Source: Novakomyces olei (taxonomy: Eukaryota). From it: a stretch of DNA of 64,000 bases. The notes below the pieces were generated by a model. It did no database searches and had not been told where the DNA came from. It saw nothing but the letters and a program-made list of their open reading frames with translations. Both the position numbers and the translations under genes were made by a program. Within the stretch, counting starts at the first letter, position 1. Each line of letters starts with the position of its first letter. Shown in pieces: positions 37,416 through 49,335 of the stretch. The stretch covers positions 992,001-1,056,000 of the forward strand of contig JADEYG010000002.1 in assembly GCA_016906335.1 (NCBI GenBank), read 5' to 3'.

Positions 37416-38338
37416 ATGGCCGACCAGCAGCAGCAGATTCCTACGTTCAAGCTTGTGCTTGTAGGCGACGGCGGAACTGGCAAAACCACTTTTGTCAAAC
37501 GCCATCTCACAGGCGAGTTCGAGAAGCGTTACATTGCTACTCTGGTAAGTGCTCTGCCATAGTTTTTCTTTGACCGTTTCCTTCTTTGTGCTGCTCTTCA
37601 AGTCTGGGTTTAAATTCAAGTCTGGGTTAAAAAATTTTTGGGAATGCTGGATCAGATCCAAACAAATATTTCCCTACACAATCTTGCTTAATCGCGTCTG
37701 TTCCCTTGTGTGACTTTTGCTGATCATTTTTTCGTGGACGCTGTACCAAACCTCGGCGTTTCCGCTCGAGCTTGGTACATGAGCTTTGCCGTCCCTTTTC
37801 CGCAAATAAACAGGGTGTAGAAGTGCATCCGCTTAGATTTCACACCAACTTTGGCGAGCTCTGCTTCAATGTATGGGACACAGCAGGCCAGGAAAAGTTT
37901 GGTGGGCTTCGTGACGGGTACTATATCGAGGGCCAGTGCGGAATTATCATGTTTGACGTGACCTCGCGTATCACGTACAAGAACGTACCCAACTGGCACC
38001 GTGATTTGGTCCGTGTCTGCGAGAATATTCCTATCGTTTTGTGCGGTAACAAGGTCGATGTAAAGGAGCGCAAGGTCAAGGCCAAGACAATCACGTTCCA
38101 CCGCAAGAAGTCTCTGCAGTACTACGATATCTCCGCCAAGTCTAACTACAACTTTGAGAAACCATTTTTGTGGCTTGCACGCAAACTCGTTGGCAACGCT
38201 GGACTCGAATTCGTAGCGTCTCCCGCTCTGGCCCCGCCCGAGGTACAGATCGACCAGCACGTACTGGAGCAGTACCAGCAGGAGATCAACGCTGCAGCCG
38301 CCATGCCTTTGCCGGACGAGGACGATGCCGACATTTAG
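37416..38338 (+). CDS. GSP1: Ran GTPase (Gsp1/Spi1), 2 exons
   Basis: [30 protein letters not shown], acidic [10 protein letters not shown] tail. Intron 37545-37813. Confidence 0.98.
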
Positions 38339-38554
38339 ATTTACTCAAGCATTTCTCGTGCCGTCATCTAGGAATAGTTGCGAGATAATTTTAATTTCGT
38401 TCGTGTTGACTATAGTCTGGTCTCTAGTACACTTCGTGAACTTGTATGTATGCGTAGATTTTGGACTATTGGTATCTTGCCACACTGCTAAATGTAATGA
38501 AGGCTCAAGACTAAATTTATTCGTGGCCTTTGACTGGACAGGAATGGGTTTGAT

Positions 38555-38555
<1 letters not shown>

Positions 38556-38604
<49 letters not shown>
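38556..38604. repeat. Poly(T)49 homopolymer between convergent Ran and UreG
   Basis: Directly visible. Confidence 0.95.
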
Positions 38605-38605
<1 letters not shown>

Positions 38606-38799
38606 AACAGGTGAAGCTCTCAAAAGACAATGATTAACGCTTCAAACCGATGGCATAATACTGTTCTACTAGATTTTCAAGTATTCCATGCTTGTCCTCC
38701 ATTGCTGCAAGTTTAATATTTCGTATGAGACTATATGTGTTTAGTACTGATGGAAATACAACCAGCCATTCGCAAAACCTGCAAGCTGTGCCAGCACGC

Positions 38800-39814
38800 T
38801 TATGCTGCAGTAGTAGCGCGTTGAGCGCCACTGGCGCGCCAGGCTCCCTCGATAAGAGACACAATATCGTCAAGGCCAACTCCGTTTTTGACTTGCGCAA
38901 ATACTGTAGGCCCGCTTTCCCGCATTTTGGCTGCATCGCGCGCCATAACACCGAGATCTGCTCCCACAACATCCGCCAAATCAGTCTTGTTGATAATGAG
39001 CAGGTCCGATTGTGTAATTCCAGGCCCACCCTTGCGAGGGATTTTGTCTCCGCCAGACACGTCAATCTGTCGCAGGCTGTCAGCCAAATAAACTTTTACA
39101 GAATAGAGCAAAGAAAACAAGATGGAAAAACAAAGTAGAAAGAAAAACAAGATGTAAAACCAAAATAAAAAAAAATAAAAAATAAAAAAATAAAAAATAA
39201 AAAAAATAGAATAAAAAAACTCGTTCCTGTGTACACGAGTTCATGAGGGTAGAGTGCACAGAATGGCAGCTTACCACGTAGATTATATAGTCTGCTAATT
39301 CACGTGAGTAATTAGCAGCAAGATTATCGCCGCCCGACTCGACAATCAGCAGGTCAGTGTGGCAGTCACGCTGCAGCTGTTCCAGCGCCCCTAAATTGGC
39401 AGAAATGTCTTCGCGAATAGCAGCGTGTGGACAGCCGCCTGTTTCGATTGCACGGATACGCTCGTGTGGCAGAGCATTGTGCCGCATTAAAAACTCTTGG
39501 TCTTCGCGTGTGAATATATCGTTTGTTACTACACCAAGCGAGATGCGCGGCGCCAAGACGCGGCATAATTGGAGCACGAGGGCAGTCTTACCCGACCCTA
39601 CAGGGCCGCCAATGCCGACCGTGAAGGCTCTCTCTTTGAAATCACGGGCGCTATAGTCGGGCAGGTCCCTCTGTACAAACGAGCCGGCACTGTCCAGTAT
39701 TTCATGGCTGTGGCCGTGCTCGTGCTCGTGGCTGTGGCTGTGGCCGTGCTCGTGGCTGTGGCTGCTGCCGTCACGAATTGTGCCTGTACGAACAAACTCG
39801 GCTATGCTCGACAT
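38800..39814 (-). CDS. ureG: Urease accessory GTPase UreG with His-rich N-terminus, 2 exons
   Basis: [40 protein letters not shown]. Intron 39274-39067. Confidence 0.96.
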
Positions 39815-40772
39815 TGTGTAATGCAAAAATTAGTATTACTCAATCAGCTGTCGCTCGGGCTTCAGATAAAAGCAAAACTGCGGCAAGGCAGGTTTACGGT
39901 TTGCTGCTCGAGCGGACGACGCTGCCAAACTCAATCAAGTTGCCTCAACGTATTTGTGTGACATAAACAGACTGTGGGCTTGGCTTAATTTTATCTACAG
40001 CAACTCAAGTTCCGCCAGTAGGGTTAGTTAGGGTTAGTTTAAATATAATGTTAGGGTTAACAGTTTGGGTTAATTATAGTATTTCGGTGCGTCTGCTGCG
40101 TAAATCTTTATTATCCACTCGCATTGCCCATCTGATTAGTCTTTGACATCCAGTGACGCCAGTATGTGACGCCAGTATGGCCAACACTTTATGTAGAGAC
40201 TCGTATATTAGATAGAGGTTTCAATAGTACAAACTTGTATTTTTGAGTTTATTCTAGAGCACATTTAAGCTTGGCACCATACTCGAGAAGCAATATATTT
40301 TCAAAGGCAATAATTAATTGTTCTCGTCCAAAGGGAAGCGATACCCATTCTGGACGGTTCAATACCGGCAATCCCGGCAATCCCGGCATAGAAAAGCAGC
40401 TCGGCCACACTTTTAGTTTACCATTGCGCAGAGCAATAGTATCGTCTGCCATTGACAGCCCCGCGGAGCCATATGGCTTTTGCCTTGTGCAATATAAAGG
40501 CCAAGCAATACAAAATTGAGTGTAAACGTCGAGCCTTAATACCTTTCAATTCTTCTATGTAGAGAGTACCTTTATCACCTCGTCATAACCTCTGTTCGGA
40601 TATCGTGCTCGATCCTATAGGCTTATCGCGATCGGGCGGGATCTACGTCATCCAATCATTCCATAACCTGACATACGTATATATACGTATATATTCTATA
40701 TATAAAAATATCTATATATATAGAGCTAAAGAGCGTAGAATACCATATATTACGCAACATATACAAACAATC

Positions 40773-41658
<886 letters not shown>

Positions 41659-42073
41659 ACAGGTCCAGACAGCTTAGAGTTCGAATATATACAATCTGCT
41701 CATATGAGGCTTTTGTAAATTTTCTATAAAGAGGTATGAAAATGTTTGTGGCTTAATAGCCACGACATGTATAAATAATCCATATAATTCCGTAATCCAT
41801 ATACTGCCGCACCGGAAACCCAACTTCCTGCCGATAAGCCCCTTATAAACTCAAGATAACCCCACACATTAAAACCTGACCATAACGATCCATTAACAGT
41901 CCAAAACCATTGAAAGGTACGGGCCGAGAAACGTAGAATAGAGATCTCGTCGACCTCTTAAAACAGTCTACCCTTTGCCCACAACACCATCAACCGAAAC
42001 TAAATACACAAAAGCAAGTAATAAAACCAAAAAATCAAATCATTGAACCCAAAAAGCAAATTTGAGTCCCAAC

Positions 42074-43744
42074 TCAAATTCCCGGCCCCCACCTCCACCA
42101 TCGGGGCTGTCTGTTTTCCGCATCAGTTGGCTTTGCTGGAACATCAATTCGTCGTAGAGCAATAAATTCACGACCTGCAGAGAAGGGCGTGAAACCTTCC
42201 TTTTTCGCGTATGAGTCGATGAACGGCAAGTAAGCGTACAAGTGGTCCACAGTTTGAAACTGCGTCATCATTACATCAACATCAGTTTTCTGTTCGTGAG
42301 CATCCAGCATTGTAGCGAAATCTGCAGTACAGACTCGGTGGCGTCGACCGTCAAGCGACAGAATGCGTACAGTTGCTGGTATTGTATCAGGCGCTTTTTC
42401 ATTGTTCACACTGTCAACACTTGTTTCTTTGGGAGGATCAGCATTTCCTGGTTCAGATGAGACGCTGCTAGGGTTCGAGGGTTTGGTGCTTGAAATAGTC
42501 TCTTGAGCCTCGGGCTCCGGTGGGTCTATGGCCTCCTTACCAAAGGCTTCAAACGGTACAGGGTTGGGAACCTGATGTTGCAAACCGATCTCTGAAGGTG
42601 GTATCGATGCCGGCCATTTTTCCGCATGATTATGATACTGTAGAGGAGAATGTTCTTCCACAATAGGAGTGTCGGCTGGAAATACATGTTCCAAATCCTT
42701 TTCCAATGTGGCAGCATTCTGCGTTTCAGAATACGGGGCTGTTTCCCTTCCCGTGGCATCGATTTCGGAAACAGGTTTGTTTGCAGCTGATAAATCCTTG
42801 GACCATTCGAGCACTGTCTGTGACCCATTTGCTGGAGGAGAAGAATCGTTTGGATCCTCAGCCAAAACGTCATTTTCCACGCCTTCAAGATCAGAGAATT
42901 TGTTTGGAACGCTGTTTGACAAGACAGACGGTGCCTTATCGACCTCTTCGCTTTCAATAGATCTAGGCGATTCATTCTCCATCTTCTTGGACAAGTCTGC
43001 ATTCGCATTCAAACTGAAACTGGCCCCTTGCGAGTCTAGTGCGGCTAAAGCATCATCCAAAGCTGTACTTCCCGTCTCGAATTTGTCCAATTTCTTACTG
43101 TCCATGCCCGGCTGGTTACTGTCCATGTCTGAAACTTGTTCCCTTTTATTCACGCTTTCTTTGCCCTCCGATACGGCTTCCATCAGAGCCGAATTCCCAG
43201 AATTTGCCACTTGATCCTCCGTAGGCGCCATAGCATCCTTTGTCTTGCCTGGCGACGAGTCTTTCGCATCCCACTCCGCAATCCGTGGCCGTGTGCCTTT
43301 GCGCCCAAACCAGCCCCGATTACGTCTTGCTGAGCATGCATCGTACCTTGATCGCCTACAAATATCTCTTGGGCTATGCCTCAAATAACTTGGCCGCATA
43401 GCCTTCTCGATCTGACTGCGTACGTCATCGTCTCTGCCCTGAGACTTGGAGCCCCTTGAAGAGTCGATATCCACGATACTCTTGCCAAGAGTTCGAGAGC
43501 GGTCATTGCAAGACTGATCCCACGATTTCTGTGGATCTGGCCGCACTTTCTGCAATTGCTGCCGGAGTAGGGCTCCATTTACGACTGCTTGAAGCACGCT
43601 CTGCCTTCTCCGCACATGTTCTCGATAAGCCTGCACCATCGCCTCCACGTCCCGGGAACCCCATAAAAAAGTGCGACGCGTCAGCGCACTACTGCGTGCA
43701 AGCAGACTCTGCGTGACTGTAACGCGCGCGTACCTGCTCGCCAT
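42074..43744 (-). CDS. Uncharacterised protein, probably mitochondrial
   Basis: Long uninterrupted ORF. Arg/Ser/Thr-rich presequence-like N-terminus (MASRYARV..LTRRTFLWG), acidic disordered middle, small globular C-terminus. 3' end uncertain. Confidence 0.7.
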   Translation of the reverse strand: MASRYARVTVTQSLLARSSALTRRTFLWGSRDVEAMVQAYREHVRRRQSVLQAVVNGALLRQQLQKVRPDPQKSWDQSCNDRSRTLGKSIVDIDSSRGSKSQGRDDDVRSQIEKAMRPSYLRHSPRDICRRSRYDACSARRNRGWFGRKGTRPRIAEWDAKDSSPGKTKDAMAPTEDQVANSGNSALMEAVSEGKESVNKREQVSDMDSNQPGMDSKKLDKFETGSTALDDALAALDSQGASFSLNANADLSKKMENESPRSIESEEVDKAPSVLSNSVPNKFSDLEGVENDVLAEDPNDSSPPANGSQTVLEWSKDLSAANKPVSEIDATGRETAPYSETQNAATLEKDLEHVFPADTPIVEEHSPLQYHNHAEKWPASIPPSEIGLQHQVPNPVPFEAFGKEAIDPPEPEAQETISSTKPSNPSSVSSEPGNADPPKETSVDSVNNEKAPDTIPATVRILSLDGRRHRVCTADFATMLDAHEQKTDVDVMMTQFQTVDHLYAYLPFIDSYAKKEGFTPFSAGREFIALRRIDVPAKPTDAENRQPRWWRWGPGI

Positions 43745-44076
43745 AGTGAAACCGGAATATACGGGCACAAGGACCGATACCCCGGCCGCTCAGGATGAGG
43801 ATTAGGGACGTGATTAATAATTAATTATATGGCGATAAGACTGTCTATAAAAAACACGGTACAATACACTTTTGCTCTTTTTATACAGAGCGTTGGCCAA
43901 TAAACCGTCGGCTCGGCAGTGTGGCCTTCCGGACTACCATATTCGCTTTATTGCAATAAATTGCACTCTATCGACGGTGTGGTCCTGTGTATTGTGCCGT
44001 AAAGGCATAAATTCGTCGAATTCATGTTTGCATTGCTCTACCATTAATCCTGTAACAGTGTTGTAAATCAATCGAT

Positions 44077-44172
44077 TTTAATTTAATTTAATTTAATTTA
44101 ATTTAATTTAATAAGTTAATAAATAAATTAATTAATAAATTAATTAATTATTTAATTTAATAAATTAATTTT
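44077..44172. repeat. (TTTAA)n and AATAAATTAATT AT-rich repeats in a divergent promoter
   Basis: Directly visible. Confidence 0.85.
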
Positions 44173-44189
44173 TGAAATTCGTACACGGC

Positions 44190-46087
44190 ATGAACAGGTC
44201 GGGTTTACGACCGCGTTCAGGCGCAGTATTTACGCGGCTGTACAACAGGCATCAGCTTCGCTACGCGAGCAATGATTTGGTAGATATTCGTGGAACTGAT
44301 GTTTATCGCCGTGACGATTATTTCAGTCATTTGCGTGAGCACCAACCCGTTTTCCGTTCGCTTACACTCCGCATCCACGACAACGAGCACTGGGTCGTGG
44401 TAGGTGCAACTGGCTCGGGTAAAACTACCCTTTTGCAGGTACGATGTGTGAAGGAGCAGGAAATAAGGAAAACATGGTGTATGAATAAACAGGCAAAAGG
44501 CAATACTAAAGGAGGGCATAGTAGCCAAGATGCGAGTCACAAAGAACCTGCCCGGTTAAAGCAAAGCCGAATCACGCAACCATTGTCCCTTTGAAGCTAA
44601 TACACTAGACGATCCGAGGCTTGGAGCACTGTGAGCCGCCTACAGCAATAAGGCACCCGTTTCTCGATAATCTATCAGCCGCCAATGACGGTAGGGAGCG
44701 TAGCCTGTGGCCGGAAAAACAGATTGCACTAGTTGGCTTTGCTACTTCCCACGCCAATGGCGGGGCGGCGTATATGGCAGAGCGGTACGAGGCGTTCCGA
44801 GACGAGCACGACCAGACTCTACTGGAATGGCTGCGTGCGGAGCAGACCATTATCGGACAAGACGGGCGCGGGCCAAAAGACGACTACTTGCACCAAGTAA
44901 CTGAATGGCTTGATCTGGAGAGTCTGCTACAGCAAAGCGTGATGAATTTGAGTAATGGGCAATCAAGAAGAGCGCGTATAGCCAGAGCACTGCTTGGCAA
45001 ACCTTTTGCAATTGCATTGGACGAGCCTTTAATGGGCCTTGACGTTCGCACGCGCTCAAAGATTCTGCACCTTTTAGGCCAGCTGGCTCAGAGTAAGACG
45101 GTGCGCGTGCTAATGGCTCTCCGGCCTCAGGACCAAGTGCCATCCTGGGCTACTCATGTCGCAGTTTTGGAAAAAAAAGATGATAAAATTAATGAAAAAG
45201 ATAACAAAATTAATGAAAAAGCAAATGCCTCCATTGCGCCGCTGAGCCACATAAAACAGGGAACAGTCGGGGAGATGGAGGCGACACTAGCGCGCCTCGT
45301 ACAATCACAGCATCATGATTTGCGCACTGTTATCCGCAAAAACCAGCGACTTGCTCACTCTGCAAACGCTGACGATTCAGCACTGGAAATTGTTCGGCTG
45401 GTGAACGTACAGTGTGCTTATTATGGCCGCAGCGTACTGCGCGATGTGAATTGGACCATTCGCGCCGGCGATAGATGGGCCTTTTTGGGAGCTAATGGGT
45501 CGGGGAAAACTACGCTTTTAGCACTTGTAACAGGAGACCATCCCAAAGCCTATGCGAACGAGATTTACATGTTTGGAAGGCGACGCGGCACAGGCGAAAG
45601 CCTGTTTGCAGTGCAAGCGCGCATTGGCCACTCTTCACCAGAATTGCATGCCCATTTTCCAAAGCAGTTTACAGCGTTGGAGGCGGTACTAAGCGCCTGG
45701 AGTGAAACGCTCGGTGTCCGGCTCCGCCATCCGTCTCATGAGCAAGAGACTGCGGCAAAAGAAATGCTAGAGCGCGTAATTGGGCCGCAGACGGGGACGG
45801 GTAATGTTTTGGATTCTCCCATGTTGCAGCTTTCTACAGGCACACAGCGGGCCGTACTACTGGCGAGAGCTCTTGTACGACGATCGCCATTGATCATCCT
45901 GGACGAGCCGTTTCAAGGTATGGACGCGGCCCAGATCGCACAGGCCAAGGCACTACTAGAAAGCGAGCAGGGCATTTCTCAACAGCAAGCCTTAGTGATT
46001 GTCAGCCACCACGAAGAAGAGGAAATGCCGGGGAATATGAACCATCTCCTTCGATTGGACGCGGGAACGGTAGTAGAAATTGTATAG
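44190..46087 (+). CDS. Soluble two-domain ABC ATPase, ModF / YDR061W-like, 2 exons
   Basis: Walker A GATGSGKTT and GANGSGKTT, signatures LSNGQ and LSTGT, LDEP twice, TGDHP motif, no TM domains. Intron 44439-44608. Confidence 0.88.
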
Positions 46088-46149
46088 CGAGAATTATATA
46101 GCATAAATTATATAGCATAAATTATATAGCATAAATTATATAGCGAGAA
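46084..46149. repeat. 14-bp tandem repeat (ATAGCATAAATTAT / ATAGCGAGAATTAT) beginning at the stop codon
   Basis: About 4.7 copies; the first includes the TAG of the ABC gene. Confidence 0.9.
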
Positions 46150-47057
46150 AAAATAAATCGTGTTCACCGTATCAAAGAGGTCGATAGACCTTTTATCCGG
46201 TTTTCAAGATATCGTCCATCGTGTGCACGAGACTCGATCCAAAGTACGCGACAGTGGGATTCTCAATTAGATAATGTCACTGTTTACTATAGCTTGTTTA
46301 TCCCTTTTATTCAAGGTGGTACCCATTACGCGTGCCCCCTATGGGATTGTAGTATAGCTAAACAAAGAATGGACGCGTTTTAATATTAATAGAAAACCCT
46401 AACGGAAGGGATGTCGCGCTCAGCCAGGGTGTTCTTTTCTCTTTATGGAACGAAATAGATTCCTGTGTGTTCCGTGCCGTATTACGTACACAGACCATTG
46501 TGCCCCTGTTTCGTCTAAACACGTGCTCTGGACCTAAAAAAGGTCGGCCTCAACAAACACTTGCATCTCCGATTGAAACGATTGCGCTCTAGAGACTAGT
46601 CATGATAATTCAGAAATTGGTATGGACTTTTTGTAAATTATCTACGCATCCAATAAAAGCTTAATCTTCATTCTATGTATGATCTGGTTTGGCACTTGCC
46701 ATTCGGGCACCGTAAAAGAATTGACGTGGCGGAATATACCGCTGCCACGTTACTTGCAACCCGATCTATAATGCACATTAATTAATTATCGGGTTAAATC
46801 AATGTGCATAGCGTAATCAAAACATGCCGGATAGCACACTGAAATTAGCCTAGTTTCTAGATTATATGGTTTATTTTAAATCTATTTCGGTTTAACCGCA
46901 TTTCTGCGCTCTAATCTTACTTGAATAATTAATCAAAACAAAAAAAATCAAACTCACCGTACCCGCCGCACTTTTTCCCTCTCCAACCCTCACACATACA
47001 TAACACACACGCACGCACACATATACACACACACACCCATTCTTCTTGTCTTTGTCA

Positions 47058-48650
47058 ATGTCGCTCTCTCGTGAAGATCATGTCTATCTGGCCAAGCTGG
47101 CCGAGCAGGCCGAACGCTATGAGGGTAAGATACAGCTTACAGGACACACGACTTTCTCCCATCTTTCTGTGCCTTTTTTCGTTTTTTTTTCTATTCTGCC
47201 TGCACTTTGCCTCCGTTCCGTTGCCCTTAAAAGAAACCGTATCGGTTTGTGAGAAGGAGCCATTTGCAGCTATGCGGTGGCTGCTAGCCGCTTAGCACAC
47301 GGAGATTCAGATGTTATCACCAATGACCCTTGGTCAATTGTCCTAAATGATTGTCTTGCCCACAATAGAGGGATCAATGTCGCGGCTTCGTTTCGGCCGT
47401 CTCATTTTACACCTTTTTATTATTTTATCCCTTTACGCGTGTTGCGCGTATCCACCTTCTATCTTCCAGGTAGATACGCGCGACGGGTTTAATTTTATAG
47501 GCCATTTCTGGACGCGTCTTTATAGTCGGACTTTTCCATTTACCCTTTCCTCTACGCTCTGCCATCTGCTGACGTGAAATTTATCGCCATAATTTATGAT
47601 TTTATAAACTGGCGTTTTTCCATTATTGTTATTATTTTTATTATTATTGCCTGCATTCACTTTTTTTCCTTTGTGTTTCTTATGAGATATTTTATATATT
47701 TTAATACCCAATTGAGTAAGGGTTTTCTGGGCACTTTTGACATTGATCGGAACAACTTTATATAGCGAAAACATGAATTGGGCTTCATACCGGGGGCAAA
47801 TCGGGCTGGAATCGACGCCTTAAAGCGTTTATTATTACGTTTTTTCTTTTACGAATTTGTGTTTGCAATTGCTAATATAGCAGAAATGGTCGAGAATATG
47901 AAGGCCGTTGCGTCTAGTGACCAGGAGCTCACCGTCGAGGAGCGTAACCTGCTTTCCGTCGCGTACAAGAACGTCATTGGAGCACGCCGTGCCTCTTGGC
48001 GCATTGTATCTTCGATCGAGCAAAAAGAGGAGCAAAAAGGCAACGAGAAACAGGTCGAACTTATCAAAAAATACCGTCAAAAGATTGAATCTGAACTCGG
48101 AAGAATCTGCGACGATATTTTGTCTGTACTCGGCACTCACCTCATCCCCAACGCAAAGACTGGAGAATCGAAGGTCTTTTATCACAAGATGAAGGGTGAC
48201 TATCATCGCTACTTGGCCGAGTTTGCAACTGGCGAGAAGCGCAGTGAATCAGCTGACGCTTCGCTTGAGTCCTACAAGGCGGCCTCTGAGATCGCAGTTA
48301 CTGAGCTGCCGCCCACTCATCCTATCCGTCTCGGCCTGGCGCTCAACTTCTCCGTTTTCTACTACGAGATTCTTAATTCGCCCGACCGCGCTTGCCACCT
48401 GGCCAAGCAGGCCTTCGACGATGCTATTGCGGAACTTGATACGCTATCTGAGGAGTCATACAAAGATTCTACGCTTATCATGCAATTGCTGCGCGACAAC
48501 TTGACCCTCTGGACCTCGGATGCTGAGTACAGCAGTGGTTCGCAGGCACAAAAGTCTGGCGAGGGTGCTGAAGCGGCTCCTGCTCAAGGATCCAAGGACG
48601 ACTCTACGTCAAATGATACACAAGCCAAGCAGCCTGAGCCTTCTTCGTAA
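47058..48650 (+). CDS. 14-3-3 protein (Bmh/Rad24 family; paralog not resolvable), 2 exons
   Basis: [74 protein letters not shown]. 759-nt intron 47125-47883. Confidence 0.98.
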
Positions 48651-49335
48651 ATGTTATACTTTTACTACTACTTACCCTTTTTCGAGTCTATTGTCTTTTA
48701 AACCTTTGAAATTATTTTTCTATTTTTATTCATAGCAAACCATGATTTCTTTACTCTACCCATGCTCATTGATGTATGCAATGAATGGGCCTTTTTTCTG
48801 TACTACGCATGAACCGGTAGTTGTAAGGAGGCCTATTTCCAAGTTATGAACCACTGTTCTCGCGAAACAGGGGGAATGATTGGTGAGGCTTGGGCTCCTG
48901 GTAGTATTTAAATACACTAAATTAACTATAAAAAAACAGCCATGACCAAACCAATAAAATGCAGAATCATATTCTTCATTGTACAATGTAAATTTATCAA
49001 GATAGGGGTGGTAAAAAACATGTAAGATAAAAAACATGTGAAGAAAGAAAGAAAAAGAAAAAAAGCTAAATTGCCTTGGAAATAAAAGTAACAAAATCTT
49101 GTCTTTTACAACGGTAACCATCTCTTTTACCAACCGCGCAACTGCCACAAACACTATGTATGACAAACCGGAAACAGACCTGGAGCATCCCACTTGTAGA
49201 ACGAAACCTGGTCGCTTGTGCTGAAAGGACATTTAGCAGTTGCGAACGCAGTCGCTGTAATCGTAGAGCGAGTATATTGAACTGCCTTGGCCTGTAAGAC
49301 TTGGCCATATAAGACTTGGCCATGTATACAGCACA

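Noticed and set aside
38556..38604. Poly(A) tail of a retrocopy or SINE
   Set aside because: The adjacent UreG gene retains its intron, and no target-site duplication or element body is evident.
40019..40072. Telomere or chromosome-fusion scar
   Set aside because: Only a few scattered TTAGGG units within promoters; no long array or subtelomeric features.
47878..47883. TAGCAG NAGNAG alternative acceptor in 14-3-3
   Set aside because: The TAG is only about 5 nt from the branch A, and CAG gives the conserved RYEEMV.
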